This document shows, in pieces, positions 1 to 10,773 of a DNA stretch of 64,000 bases. Source of the stretch: a virus; IMG/VR virus record IMGVR_UViG_3300036715_002535, positions 47,837-111,836 of that record. One strand, given 5' to 3'. The notes beneath the pieces are model-generated. The model had not been told where the DNA came from. It worked only from the letters and a program-made list of their open reading frames with translations, and did no database searches. Both the position numbers and the translations under genes were made by a program. Position 1 is the first letter of the stretch. Each line of letters starts with the position of its first letter.

Positions 1-555
1 TACCTCAGCATCACCATGCCAGATCGCATCCAACCATCCGAAGTTTTCAAGTAGGGCTTCTCCTACACCATGGACAAGTCCCGGTCCACCAAAGATGACC
101 TTGATACGAGGATTCAGCTCTTTGATTCTCTTCGCCAGAACCAGGGAAGCAACGAACTGAGCAAGCACTATTGTGAAGCCCACAATCTTAGGATTTGATT
201 CTACGATCTCAAGAGCCAGCTTCTCCACGAATTCCGGGGTTGCCGCTTTGATGTCGAAGTACAGATCAGGAAGAATCTGCTGAAGGGTCTCAGAGTCGTC
301 TATCCCTTTGAAGGTGGGGTTAGTGAAGACCCACTCCGCGTACTCCATGCTCTGACTGATCTCTAGGTACTGTAGCCTACTGGTTACAAGCTTTCGTTCG
401 TACAGGAAAGAGTAGTAATCCAGGTTCGCGGAAAGAGACCCAACCTTGAGACCCGCTTTACTTAGAACGGTATGAACGATTCCAAGTTGAATACTTGGGT
501 CCAGAGTAACCCACGGCATCGAAACCGTTAGGAAATCTAGATCCTTTGGGATCAT
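1..555 (-). CDS. Cobalamin (B12)-binding radical SAM protein, RiPP-maturation C-methyltransferase-like; N-terminal part, runs off window
   Basis: Not in ORF track. Manual translation from ATG 555 is open to base 1: MIPKDLDFLTVSMPWVTLDPSIQLGIVHTVL...YAEWVF...NPKIVGFTIVLAQFVASLVLAKRIKELNPRIKVIFGGPG...WLDAIWHGDAEV, a typical B12-binding domain of class B radical SAM enzymes. Confidence 0.8.
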   Translation of the reverse strand, partial: MIPKDLDFLTVSMPWVTLDPSIQLGIVHTVLSKAGLKVGSLSANLDYYSFLYERKLVTSRLQYLEISQSMEYAEWVFTNPTFKGIDDSETLQQILPDLYFDIKAATPEFVEKLALEIVESNPKIVGFTIVLAQFVASLVLAKRIKELNPRIKVIFGGPGLVHGVGEALLENFGWLDAIWHGDAEV

Positions 556-2035
556 TAGTAATCCTCGGATGGACCTATTGAAGGATGACCACCGAACTCA
601 ATAGTCGTTCCACCCTTTGGTTTGATGTCGGGGAACCGGTGTCGAAAGACTTCTGGAATTGCTACAAGCCGTTCAATACACTCAAAGCAAAGAAGGGCAT
701 GGCGCTCCGCGTCTCCGATCAAAACGACCCGAGACTCCTGATGGCACTCACTGCACCAACCTTCAGTTACTCTCAATCAACAATCCTTCTACTGGAAGCA
801 ATCTCGTGATGAATGGACCTCCACGCATTACCAAAGTTTACGAGCAGTTCTTCAAGTCTACCTTGCCGAACCCACCACATTTTGAAGTCGTCTTCTGTGA
901 GGGGTACATCGTTCTGAATGATTGTACGTTGATTGATTACCTCTGACTGAATAGGTTGGAAGCGATCCTGAGAATCTTTCCCAGAGCGCCTCACGACCCT
1001 CGATCTTATATTCGGCCATTGTTGGGCTCGAGTTCTAAGTTGAGGACTCCAGTGACCGGAAGACCCTTCCGAACCGCTTTACGATTGGCACGACGCTCTT
1101 CAGCACGCTGGCGCCTACGCTCCTGACGGTTGCCCTGATAGTGATCCAAGGGAACACGACGGGACAGGACATGACCTTCGATCTTTAGTTCCTCAAGTCT
1201 TGCATCCATGGCTTCCCGAAGGGCGGTTTCGTTCGCAGCGTGAAAGACTTCCTGAAGGACCTTCTGTCCTTCAGTTGTGGTGTAGTGTGTCTCTTGCATT
1301 ACTGTGCCTTTCCAAGGAAGCTGAGGATGCCCTTACGTGGTTTCTCTTGTTCGATATCAATCGTCTGAACCAGAGATCCGATCGAATTGAACTTGTAGTT
1401 TGGCTCCACACCCAGACACTCCTGAATGAGTGAAGGCACCGCGCCCCGAATCTCCTTCGGCATGTCCGCGAAATTGATGCAGTGAAGTGGATTCAGAATC
1501 CGATAGGCTTCGTTCTTGGGGTTGATATCTAGCATCGTAGCTACGCTATCGATTGTGCAGATACTGAAATGCCCCTTCGACATCATGTTGTTCAGTGCAG
1601 TTATTGCTACAAGTTTTTTGATGTCGTCTGCCATGATCCCCTCTAATTAGGGTTGAAACCCGGAAATATTCCGAGGTCCTACCAAAGTGCCTTGCGCATC
1701 TCGGTAGTAAACGAACGGCTGACCAGAATTTACGTAGCAGATCTCAAGGTTCTTGAGAGTCGCAGGGTCTGTTCCGGTTGCTTTCCACGTGTAAGGTGCA
1801 AGATCGAACATGAGAACCTCCTATCTTTCTAACCCATGATACCCTTGAGAGGCTCCTGAGGATTCTCAATATCATTGAGAATGAAAGTCAAGCGCTCGAT
1901 TTCCTTCAGGGGACTGAATTCTTCTAGGCTATCGTAGTCCACACCTTTCAAGGGAAGGGTGAAGATGTAACGGACCTCACCCTGAACCATACGAGGTCCA
2001 GACCAGTGTTTGGGGTCTAAGAAAGGATTTTCCAT
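555..2035 (-). other. Run of small minus-strand hypothetical phage ORFs (555-776, 773-994, 1006-1299, 1299-1634, 1829-2035)
   Basis: Abutting or overlapping start/stop codons; no recognisable family. Confidence 0.6.
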
Positions 2036-2051
2036 ACTGGAGTAACCAAAA

Positions 2052-2706
2052 TTACTTTCCTTTCAACCAAGAATCAAGAGGAAATTTCTGTCCTGTACGA
2101 TGATCCAGGATAAGATTGTCCTGAAACCGGTAAGTTCGGATCTTGTCTCCCCTTTGCCCAGAGCCAATCTTGTCTTTTCGTTCTCGATTGATGTCTGCGT
2201 GAGCATTATTCTTTACCAGCTCCTGAAGTTTCATCTCCAACAGCTCCAATGCAACTACACGATTCCGGATCTGAGACCTGCCATCGATCCGGACTTGAAG
2301 ACCGGTCGGCTTGTGGGTCGCAATAACACAGGATTCTACCTTGTTGCGGTGCTGCCCTCCAGGACCACTGCCCCGGGTAGTTCTAACGTCTATATCCCGC
2401 AAATTTAAAGATGCCGCGCGGTTCTGGAGCTCATAACAGGCCACGGTTATGGTAGAGGTGTGAACTCTACCCTTCTTCTCTGTAGGTGGAATACGCTGGA
2501 AGCGATGTCCTCCACTCCCTTGAAGAAATTCACCGGCGCTATCACCCTTGATGAGAAGGGAAGCGAAGCCAGGCGCCTCTTCTAAGAGTTCGGTCTCAAA
2601 GTCCCCTCCGCTCCGTCCGACGTAAATAGGCTTTCAGTTGATCCCTGACGAGTAGGACTGCATCGTCCCCACCCTCAGCAGCTCGAATCTCAAGAATGAG
2701 TTCCAT
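2052..2706 (-). CDS. Class I peptide chain release factor, RF1-like, lacking domain 1; needs a +1 frameshift (about 217 aa)
   Basis: ATG 2706 with SD AAGGAGG gives MELILEIRAAEGGDDA...ERRGL then TGA. The +1 frame continues ETELLEE...GGHRFQRIPPTEKKGRVHTST...GSGPGGQHRNKVES...GSGQRGDKIRTY, with GGQ and PxT motifs. Confidence 0.9.
2595..2609 (-). promoter_or_regulatory. Putative programmed +1 ribosomal frameshift site GGAGG-GGA-CTT-TGA-G
   Basis: Internal SD 3 nt upstream of CTT TGA, the same architecture as the prfB site, at exactly the point where the RF frame changes. Confidence 0.75.
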
Positions 2707-2751
2707 GCTGCACCTCCTTGAGCAATTATAACCCCAAGATCTAAGAATCCG

Positions 2752-2781
2752 CCTTGACAATTAAATCGTCAAGGGTATATT
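2752..2781 (+). promoter_or_regulatory. Palindromic promoter, class A
   Basis: ccttgacaattaaatcgtcaagggtatatt upstream of ORF 2800. Confidence 0.85.
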
Positions 2782-2799
2782 TGATAGTGGGAGGAACGA

Positions 2800-4133
2800 A
2801 TGCTGACCATAGTGAGCTCCATCATCTGCAGCGAATTCCGGAAGGAGTTTCAATCTCCGGAGCGTCAGAAGAATGAGGGTTTCTTGTCCGAGCCCAACAA
2901 GGCCATGATGGTTCGCTTCAAGCTGACTCCGGATTTCGAAGTCGAGGAAGGCTACCGCAATCTGAGCATCCTGATCTTCGGCGCCGGCAGAAACTACATC
3001 ACCGTGATGGCGAAGCTGGACTGGACCGTGATCCAGAACGAAGACATCAACGATGATGGTGAGGGGCTCAAGAAGGGCAAGGAATACACCGAGGGTGAAA
3101 CCCCTTGGGTGCACTTCAGTTGCCATGACTCCTGCTGGACCTCGGACGGCGTGGAATCCATCATCCAGATGTTCCGCAACCGGATCAACTGCATGGATTC
3201 GCGCTTCGATCGTTGGTACGAAACGATGACCCTGACTCCCGAACAGATCAAGGATTTCAATCAGATCACTCGCGACACTCGCGAAGGCAAGCTCACCCAT
3301 TCCCGCAAGTTCGAAACCCTCGAGTTCAAGTTCCCGGTGAAGAAATGAAGGCAGTCACCCGAGAAGCGGTCCACGCCTACCAAGAGAAGTATGGTTGTGG
3401 AATCGAAACCGCCAAGCGTGGGGTTGCACACCAGAATGCCATGGAAGCAATCGAATCCGCCACAACCGTAGAAGATCTGAAGGGTGTTCTACTTTTCCTT
3501 CTGGAGACGAAATGACCGCTCCCAAGTCGAACGAGCAGATCAGAACCAGGATCAAGAAGGTCTTCGAGAAAGTATGCCGGAACAATGGATGTACCATGGA
3601 CGGACTCAGATTTTACTCTCCCAAACAGTGGAAGGAGAGGGGTGAGCGATACGGGCAGAACTCCGTCATGTCCACCATTTTCGAAGAGCATCAGGGGATG
3701 TACTACACGATGAACGCTATCGGATCCTTCAAGCTTCAGAATGAACTGGTGGAAGAGCTCGCAAAAATTGGTTACTGGTTTGAGCTGGGAAATTCCTGGT
3801 ACCTGAGCATCTACGAACTGTAGGAGCGTTGTGGCAATCTTACCTCAGAGCGCCCCTTGGTTGGAGCAGTACTTTACGAATGGTCTTAAGGTGATTCGTC
3901 TGTACGCTCGTGCTTGGAAGACCGGGGAAGATCCTTACAAGGATGGTCTCTGGAGAGTCATTCTTCAACCGGTCAGCTCAAGTGGAGTGGTGCTTGCTGA
4001 ACAGGCACAAGACTTCGAGTGGACCAAGAAGGACGACGCGATTCCCTGGGCTCAGAGCCAACTAGGTCCCTCCTTCAGACCCACCCATCAAAGAGTTCTC
4101 GGAAGGGCAGATCATGGTAACCGTCACCGATAA
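2800..4133 (+). other. Hypothetical ORFs 2800-3348, 3345-3515, 3512-3823, 3831-4133
   Basis: Coupled ATGA overlaps and SD sequences downstream of a class A promoter. Confidence 0.65.
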
Positions 4134-4605
4134 AGAAAAAGCACTGGATCACTTCGATGAGTCGGATCTTTTCATTTCGATTCTCGATCCTGGTTTCAAG
4201 AAGTTTCCTCTCAAAGGATCTAAGGAGAAGCACTTTATTGCTCGATTCGAGGATACAGAACATCCCTCCGAACTAGAATGGATGAAGATGAACCGAGAGG
4301 TTCGATCAATTCTCTCATGGGTTCAACATAAGAAACCTTCTGTCGATACGAAAATTCTTGTACATTGTCACGCTGGGGTTTCAAGATCATCCGCAATTGC
4401 GTGGCTAATCCTTATCATGCAGGGAAGAGAACCTCTTGAAGCCTTCCAATCTCTTTTCAAATCGAGATCTCAAATTTGGCCGAACTTAGTTGTGCTGGGT
4501 ATAGGTTCCAAATTCCTGAACCTCGATCCCGGTTTCATGAAGCTCGCAATTCAGATCGATGAAGAAATTCGTGAAGGACGTGGTCAACTATTTGGATACT
4601 GCTGA
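4114..4605 (+). CDS. Protein tyrosine/dual-specificity phosphatase-like protein
   Basis: CX5R motif ILVHCHAGVSRSSA and C-terminal IWPN. Confidence 0.85.
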   Translation: MVTVTDKEKALDHFDESDLFISILDPGFKKFPLKGSKEKHFIARFEDTEHPSELEWMKMNREVRSILSWVQHKKPSVDTKILVHCHAGVSRSSAIAWLILIMQGREPLEAFQSLFKSRSQIWPNLVVLGIGSKFLNLDPGFMKLAIQIDEEIREGRGQLFGYC

Positions 4606-4634
4606 AGATTTCGGTTCAAAAATTTGGTAAACCA

Positions 4635-4664
4635 CCTTGACAATTTAATTGTCAAGGGTATATT
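4635..4664 (+). promoter_or_regulatory. Palindromic promoter, class A
   Basis: ccttgacaatttaattgtcaagggtatatt, a perfect 23-bp palindrome plus TATATT. Confidence 0.85.
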
Positions 4665-4684
4665 TTAAAGCCTGGAGGTAATCC

Positions 4685-4927
4685 ATGGCGCTACCAGTTG
4701 TTACCCGCCCTCGTCAGTCCGTTGCCTTACCGGACAACAGCCAGTACACCAACCGTTTCGAGATCCGCTCTGAGACTTCGAACCGGGTGTACCTCGTGGC
4801 GCAGCACAAAACCTCCCGTTGGTGGAGCTGCTCCTGCCCCGGTTGGATCCGGTTCCGCAAGTGCAAGCACCTCGCCGCCATTGGTCTTCCCGCCCAGCAG
4901 CGCCCCTACGAAGTGACGATGCGATGA
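4685..4927 (+). CDS. SWIM zinc-finger protein
   Basis: Y-x-V...WSCSCPGW...CKH. Confidence 0.75.
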   Translation: MALPVVTRPRQSVALPDNSQYTNRFEIRSETSNRVYLVAQHKTSRWWSCSCPGWIRFRKCKHLAAIGLPAQQRPYEVTMR

Positions 4928-5306
4928 ACTTTCTTCACTCCCCAATCCGCAGTTCAACAAGAGGAAGTAACATGAAAATCCCCGACGCCATCCGAACCCA
5001 GCACGATGCCATCATGAGCGTGAAACCCATCAGCTACCGCGGCTTCACCCTCAAGCCCCTGAGCCACATCAATCAGCCGCACTGGATCGAAGGCAAGTTC
5101 GTCTACTGGGGCTGGAACGTCTGCGATGCTTCCGGCTTCGTCAACATGGGACCTGGCTGTACCTGGGGTCGGACCATCGAGCAGGCCATGGAGATCGCTG
5201 ACTGCATCCTGGAAGCCGGCACCCATCCCACCGCGTACGAAGAACTGGATTCCTGGAACCGTCGTTTCTGGACCCTCATGCGCAACCCTTCTCTTCGGGC
5301 AGTCTA

Positions 5307-5654
5307 ATGGCTACCAAGAGCTGCTTCGCCGATCTGTTCGCCCAGTACAAGACCTACGATCCCAAGACGGAGGGTTACGGTAACGCCTCTGAGTGGTCCG
5401 AGACCTTTTATGAGCGGATGGGGTTCGAAGAGGCGGAAGAGATCCTGTTCCAGAACGATGGCACTCCTCGCGGTATCCTGGGTGTGGGTCCGAAAGCGAC
5501 CTGGCCTGAGATCAAGAAGGCTTTCCGCGCTCGGGTGATGGAAGTCCACCCTGACCGCTGCGCCATCACCGGCCTGGATCCCAAGAAGGCATCTGATGAG
5601 TTCAAGAAGGTCACCGCGGCATTCACCATTCTCCAGAGGGAGTTCAAGAAATGA
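5307..5654 (+). CDS. J-domain (DnaJ-like) protein
   Basis: ILGV...EIKKAFR...HPDR...EFKKVTAAFTIL. Confidence 0.85.
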   Translation: MATKSCFADLFAQYKTYDPKTEGYGNASEWSETFYERMGFEEAEEILFQNDGTPRGILGVGPKATWPEIKKAFRARVMEVHPDRCAITGLDPKKASDEFKKVTAAFTILQREFKK

Positions 5655-6091
5655 CGCACCCAAGCCATGACAGTACTTCCCAATACCCTCTGGAAAGACA
5701 AAGTGACCGGACGAATTGTCAGGGTTACTAAAGTCTACGTTCATACGTGGAACCGCTCTTCCTACGTACAGATGTTCAACCTCACCTCCAAACGTTCCAG
5801 TGCAAAACGGTACGATTGGTTCATCAAGGAATTCGAGGAGTACCATGATCGACCCACAGACGATGTCAGTGCAGGACTATCCTCAAGTCAAGGCTGAGCC
5901 CAAGAAGCACTTCCTGAACTTCTGCTTCTTGTTATACCATCCCTGGACTAAATGGACTTCACCCATTCCGCGTACCTGGGGACACGACGATCCGTTCACC
6001 GGCCAGAAGGCATCAAGTGCTGTGTATCCCACCCAATTCCGGATGTGCCCTAATTGTGGCAAGCAACAAGCTCGGAAGGTTCGCTAACCAT

Positions 6092-6121
6092 CCTTGACAT
6101 TTTAATTGTCAAGGGTATATT
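6092..6121 (+). promoter_or_regulatory. Palindromic promoter, class A
   Basis: ccttgacattttaattgtcaagggtatatt. Confidence 0.85.
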
Positions 6122-6500
6122 GGTAAGTGGGAGTTATCTTGAGCGAGCAAACGAGAACGAAGATTCTTCATACCCACGACCAACGGTTCGGCGGCTATCC
6201 AACCTACTGGAAGATCTACTTCAAGCTATGGGGAAAGATCTTCGACATCCCTTGGGAGACCCCTTGGAAGATGGCGAGGGTCCATTCCATCGTCGGTACG
6301 ATCCTGAAGACTCCCTGGTGGCTGCTTATCAAGCCGCTGGGATGTCTATTCAAGCAACGAACGGTTCGTGATGGTGAGCACCTGAAGCTCGATGGCAAGC
6401 TCACCTCGTGGGACATTCGCAAGACCATTACCTGGTTCCTGGTAGGAATACCAGTAATGTGGTATCGCTCGAAGATGACCGAGAAGGAGCTTGCGGAGCT

Positions 6501-6755
6501 ATGAAATGGTTCGTGTACTTGGCTCGATGTGCTGATGGAAGCATCTACTGCGGCATCTCGAATGATGTACCAGCCAGGATTGAAACGCACAATAAGGGTA
6601 AGGGAGCAAAATACACAAGAGCCCGGCTCCCCATTGAGTTAGTGTGGACGGAAGAACATCCGGATAAGATTGCAGCGATGCAAAGGGAATACGTAGTTAA
6701 GAATCTCACAAGAATCAAGAAATTAGAGATGATTAATGAAAAAGCCCTTTCCTAG
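6501..6755 (+). CDS. GIY-YIG nuclease, small UPF0213/YhbQ-like
   Basis: MKWFVYLARCADGSIYCGISND...RIETHNKGKGAKYTRARLP...A...E. Confidence 0.9.
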   Translation: MKWFVYLARCADGSIYCGISNDVPARIETHNKGKGAKYTRARLPIELVWTEEHPDKIAAMQREYVVKNLTRIKKLEMINEKALS

Positions 6756-7027
6756 AACCGTGAGTAGAGAAAATGAAAGAAGGTGAGAAATGATCACAAT
6801 GAACCTGAACGACACCATCTGGGTCAAGCCCACCAAGCATGGTCTGGAAGTCTACGTGAAGTATTGGGAGAATCAGGGTGTCAAAAATCCTTGTCCTCTT
6901 AAAGTGGACTTCGAAGGTTGGGCGAAGATGCAGCTTTGGGAAGTGATGCAGACCTTCGGCCATGCAATGTACAATGGCGGTAAGGTTCCAATCGAAACCG
7001 AAATTCGTCTTACGAATGTGTACTGAC

Positions 7028-7401
7028 ATGCTAGACATCGGAAGACTCCTCGATGAAGTTCCTACCCGGAATATGCCTGCAAGTACTGTGGACGTATTCG
7101 TAAAGATCGAACTACGAACTGCCTTTCATGTGGCGGACACCTAGCAGAGCTCTCAGAACCCTTCATCAAGTCCCCGGAACCCTTTTCCGTCTACAAGTAC
7201 ACGACGGTCTTTGGTGGGGATGGCAAGAAGGACTACCAGCTCTTTCACAATCTCAATACCTTCAATCTCCATTGGCAGATGAACTGTGAAGATGGTTCGA
7301 TCGCAATCGTGGATCATTCCATGGACAAAGTCGATATGAATTCAGTCAGCCTCCACTTTGCCGAGCCACCTCCCAGACTGAAGATTCTTCTGTTCGGCTA
7401 A
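7028..7401 (+). pseudogene. Zinc-ribbon protein broken by an apparent 1-nt frameshift near 7065
   Basis: MLDIGRLLDEVP in one frame; PEYACKYCG...NCLSCGG...LLFG* continues in another frame. Confidence 0.5.
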
Positions 7402-7861
7402 AAAAACGGGTTGGATCTGGATGGAGGACTGATGGCCTGTGATAAGAGATGTTTGCAATTGCAAATCTCACCTCCAGGACTTCCACCATTGCACAACAGT
7501 AGAAGGAAGAAAACCTTCCGAATGCTTTTGCGCGGATCCCAGAGGGTGGATCTGTACAACGGATGGTTCCAGAGCACACTCCGGTTGGAGTGAACATGGT
7601 GAATGCGAACTCCACGATTGGAAGGGGAAGGTATGAGCTCTCGCAAGGATCTTCAGAAGACCAAGAACCGTCGTAAACGTGGAACTTCTTGGTTCCGTAA
7701 GCACTACATAGTCGTCAAGAATCTCACGACACTGTCCTACGAAATCTCACGAAAAGATAATATTTTCACCCTCAAAAACCAGATGGGTGAAGTGACCTAC
7801 ACCACCACCGGACGAGCTCCTAGTCATCCGGAACTCCAGAATATCAAACCAGGAGAGTAAC

Positions 7862-8530
7862 TTGGCAAAGGCAGTCGTTATCCTATCCGGCGGAATGGAC
7901 TCAGTCGTTCTAGCCTACTTCCTCAAGAACCAAGGCTACGAACTCAGTTGCCTGTCGTTCAACTACGGTCAGCGCCACGCGAAGGAACTCGGGTTCGCGG
8001 AGCAGTGCGCGAAGGATGTCCGGTCCCCTTGGCACCTGGTCGATCTCAGCACCATCCAGGGTCTTCTGCCTGGTTCATCTCTCACTGACAGCTCGATCGA
8101 GGTTCCCGAAGGGCACTTCGAAGCGGAGATCATGAAGGCCACGGTAGTGCCCAATCGGAATGCGATCATGCTTTCGATTGCGTGGGGCCACGCAGTTGCC
8201 ATCGGAGCGGATGTGGTAGCCTTTGGCGCTCACGCGGGTGACCATGCTATCTACCCTGATTGCCGTCCAGAGTTCTGGGAGAAGATCGAAGCCGGGTTCA
8301 AGTCTGGCAACGAGGGCTTTGGCAATCCAGAACTTCGACTGTACCCACCTTTCATCAAGATCACCAAGGCGGATATCACCAAGCGTGGGTACGATCTGGG
8401 TGTCAACTACGCGTACACCTGGAGCTGCTACAAGGGTGGGGAGAAGCACTGTGGCAAGTGTGGAACTTGCGTGGAGCGGAAGGAAGCCTTCGAGCTGGCA
8501 GGTGTTCCTGACCCAACGGTGTACGAATGA
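7862..8530 (+). CDS. queC: 7-cyano-7-deazaguanine (preQ0) synthase
   Basis: SGGMDS, FNYGQRH, VVPNRNAIML, YPDCRPEF, TWSCY..G..HCGKCGTCVER. Confidence 0.95.
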   Translation: MAKAVVILSGGMDSVVLAYFLKNQGYELSCLSFNYGQRHAKELGFAEQCAKDVRSPWHLVDLSTIQGLLPGSSLTDSSIEVPEGHFEAEIMKATVVPNRNAIMLSIAWGHAVAIGADVVAFGAHAGDHAIYPDCRPEFWEKIEAGFKSGNEGFGNPELRLYPPFIKITKADITKRGYDLGVNYAYTWSCYKGGEKHCGKCGTCVERKEAFELAGVPDPTVYE

Positions 8531-8886
8531 TCCTGAAGATCCTGGTCGCAACAGATCTGATCTTGGTTCTATTGTTCCTTCTCTTCATGGTGGTGGCTTC
8601 CCTTTCACCTAAGATGCGTGCTGAGCAAGCGGACTTCAGCCTCAAAGGTCGTAAGGACTATCGACTAGCAAGACAGTTGCTGACTGCGTTCCTCCCTTGG
8701 GTTATGATCGGTACCCTGATCAGGGTCGCTGGAATTGCTCAAGCCAAACACCCAAGGTTCGTAGTTCCTCTCTATATTGCAGATGTTCTGATATCCATCT
8801 TGGTTCTATGCTGCTTGCTCTGGTCAATCTACTGCATCTACTACAACGCCAACCTTCGGATGAAGCATGCCACCGGTCCTAGTTAA
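8527..8886 (+). CDS. Membrane protein
   Basis: Three hydrophobic segments. Confidence 0.6.
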   Translation: MILKILVATDLILVLLFLLFMVVASLSPKMRAEQADFSLKGRKDYRLARQLLTAFLPWVMIGTLIRVAGIAQAKHPRFVVPLYIADVLISILVLCCLLWSIYCIYYNANLRMKHATGPS

Positions 8887-9333
8887 GTACATCGCAGTAG
8901 AAGACTATCAGGACGACATTGGTAACGGGGACTACCTCGATGCGGCAGAGTTCGATGAACTTGCCGCAGCAAAGGCTTACGCGAATGCAAATTCAAAGGT
9001 CACTCACCTCGATGCGATCAAAGTAGATGGTTGTCGCATCTACTACTGGAAGATCATCTGATGGGTAGAATGTACATGTGCGAGACCCACTCCTACGGTG
9101 GAAACCTTCCGTGCCCACTGTGCGCCCAACCCGTACACGTACCGTACATTCCCTACCAGCAGAACATTCTCCCAGATCCACGTATCAGTGAGTTCGAGGA
9201 TCTGTTCAATCAGATTAAGGATCGTCACAAACCCTACTGCTACATCTGCAAACGTTATGTGGAAGATGTCGAAAATGGTAAAGTAATTTACCCTGGAATG
9301 TCCCACGCGGAAGATTGCCTACTCAAGAAGTGC

Positions 9334-9356
9334 CCTTGACATTTTAATTGTATATT
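9334..9356 (+). promoter_or_regulatory. Class A promoter, internally deleted variant
   Basis: ccttgacattttaattg-tatatt, lacking tcaaggg. Confidence 0.6.
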
Positions 9357-9364
9357 GGACTTCT

Positions 9365-10105
9365 ATGAAACTTGGTTACTGCAGCGATGTTCACCTTGAA
9401 CATCTGGACTCCATCAAACAGGTCCAGGAATATCTTCTTGCCTTGAAGCCAGAAGAGAAGCTGGACGTGATGGTGTTCGCTGGTGACATCTGTAACATGA
9501 TGGAGAAGCGTACCCTCTCTGCCATCATCAAGATCATCAAGATCTTCGCAACAACGGTCATCTATGTAGATGGGAATCACGAATGGTATGGAACCAGTTC
9601 GGACTTGGATCGTTCAGTACATCTTCGACACCTCCAGAACCTTGGAGTTGTAGTTCTTTCTCGTTTCACGCAACCCGAGGTTACAATCTGTGGCCAGCAT
9701 TTCTGTGGCACGATGTTCTGGTATCCCTGCAACGACCGGACACGGCTCGCGGTAGAAACCTGGTCCGACAATCGTGCTATCGACAGTTTCAAGAAATGGT
9801 GGCCGGGTGAGTACGAGATCGAACTGAAGATCTTGAACCGGATCGTCACAGACCAAAGTATTGTGGTGACCCACTGTCTTCCCTGCTGGGAAGCGATCCA
9901 CCCAACCAAGGTTGCGAAACCTGACAACCACTTCTTCGTATCCCCTGCAATTGACATCATCCAGTGGAACGAACCCAAGGCGTGGATCTATGGGCACGCT
10001 CATACTCCCAACGAACAGACCGTCTTCAAAACGAATCTCCTGAGCAATCCCTTGGGGTACCCGAGCGAAGGGCAGGAAAGAAAGATCAAGGTGATTGAGC
10101 TATGA
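9365..10105 (+). CDS. Calcineurin-like metallophosphoesterase
   Basis: SDVH, AGD, GNHE, VVTH, GHAH, NPLGY motifs. Confidence 0.9.
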   Translation: MKLGYCSDVHLEHLDSIKQVQEYLLALKPEEKLDVMVFAGDICNMMEKRTLSAIIKIIKIFATTVIYVDGNHEWYGTSSDLDRSVHLRHLQNLGVVVLSRFTQPEVTICGQHFCGTMFWYPCNDRTRLAVETWSDNRAIDSFKKWWPGEYEIELKILNRIVTDQSIVVTHCLPCWEAIHPTKVAKPDNHFFVSPAIDIIQWNEPKAWIYGHAHTPNEQTVFKTNLLSNPLGYPSEGQERKIKVIEL

Positions 10106-10304
10106 AGAAGTTCAAGACCTTCGAACGATGGAGAGTATTCTCATTCAGGCCCTGAAGAATTCCGGTTGCCAAGGATCGACCGCGTCAAGAGTCTTTCGTG
10201 ATGGATCTCAAATACTCCCCTCTGGATGCGAAGTATACCTTCATGTCCATGTCAGTAGTCCACAATCCGAAAAATCTCAAGTAGAATTAAAGCTGGGGGT
10301 ATTC

Positions 10305-10694
10305 ATGGCTTTTATAGATTGGAATGACCGTTTTAGTGTAGGTCATGCTGAGATCGACAAACAGCACAAGAAACTCTTTAAGCTGGTCAACAACGTAGCT
10401 GACCTGGTGAAGATGGGAATTACTCCGGAACTGAAGAAAATTATCGCGGATCTTACCTCGTACACCCTGGAGCACTTTCGTTTCGAAGAAAAGGTCATGC
10501 GGGATTCCGGCTACAAGGATCTCGCATCGCACATAAAGAAGCATGAAGATCTTGTCAAGGAAGTCTCGGCCCTACAGCTCAAACTCAAAGCCGGTGAGCG
10601 TGTGAGCATGATGTCCGTAACAAGATTCCTAGCGGATTGGCTGACGAACCACATCATGAAAGAAGATATGGAGTACAAGCCTTTCCTGAAATAG
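10305..10694 (+). CDS. Bacteriohemerythrin
   Basis: W...FSVGHAEIDKQHKKL, HFRFEE, HIKKH, WLTNHIMKED; likely start ATG 10305 after a G-rich SD. Confidence 0.92.
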   Translation: MAFIDWNDRFSVGHAEIDKQHKKLFKLVNNVADLVKMGITPELKKIIADLTSYTLEHFRFEEKVMRDSGYKDLASHIKKHEDLVKEVSALQLKLKAGERVSMMSVTRFLADWLTNHIMKEDMEYKPFLK

Positions 10695-10723
10695 CCTCAG
10701 AAATCCAGGATTTCCAAATCTAC

Positions 10724-10753
10724 CCTTGACATTTTAATGGTCAAGGGTATATT
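10724..10753 (+). promoter_or_regulatory. Palindromic promoter, class A
   Basis: ccttgacattttaatggtcaagggtatatt. Confidence 0.85.
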
Positions 10754-10773
10754 TTTAATCCTGGGAGTTAGTA

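Noticed and set aside
2752-2781. Class A palindrome as an FNR/CRP box
   Set aside because: The FNR box is TTGAT-N4-ATCAA; the spacer here is 9 nt
2761-3300. Long antisense ORFs opposite real genes (here and throughout the track)
   Set aside because: Shadow frames expected from codon bias; no SD or motif support
10095-10304. N-terminal extension of the hemerythrin in the ORF track
   Set aside because: The hemerythrin domain starts at ATG 10305 with its own SD; the extension may be a separate small ORF
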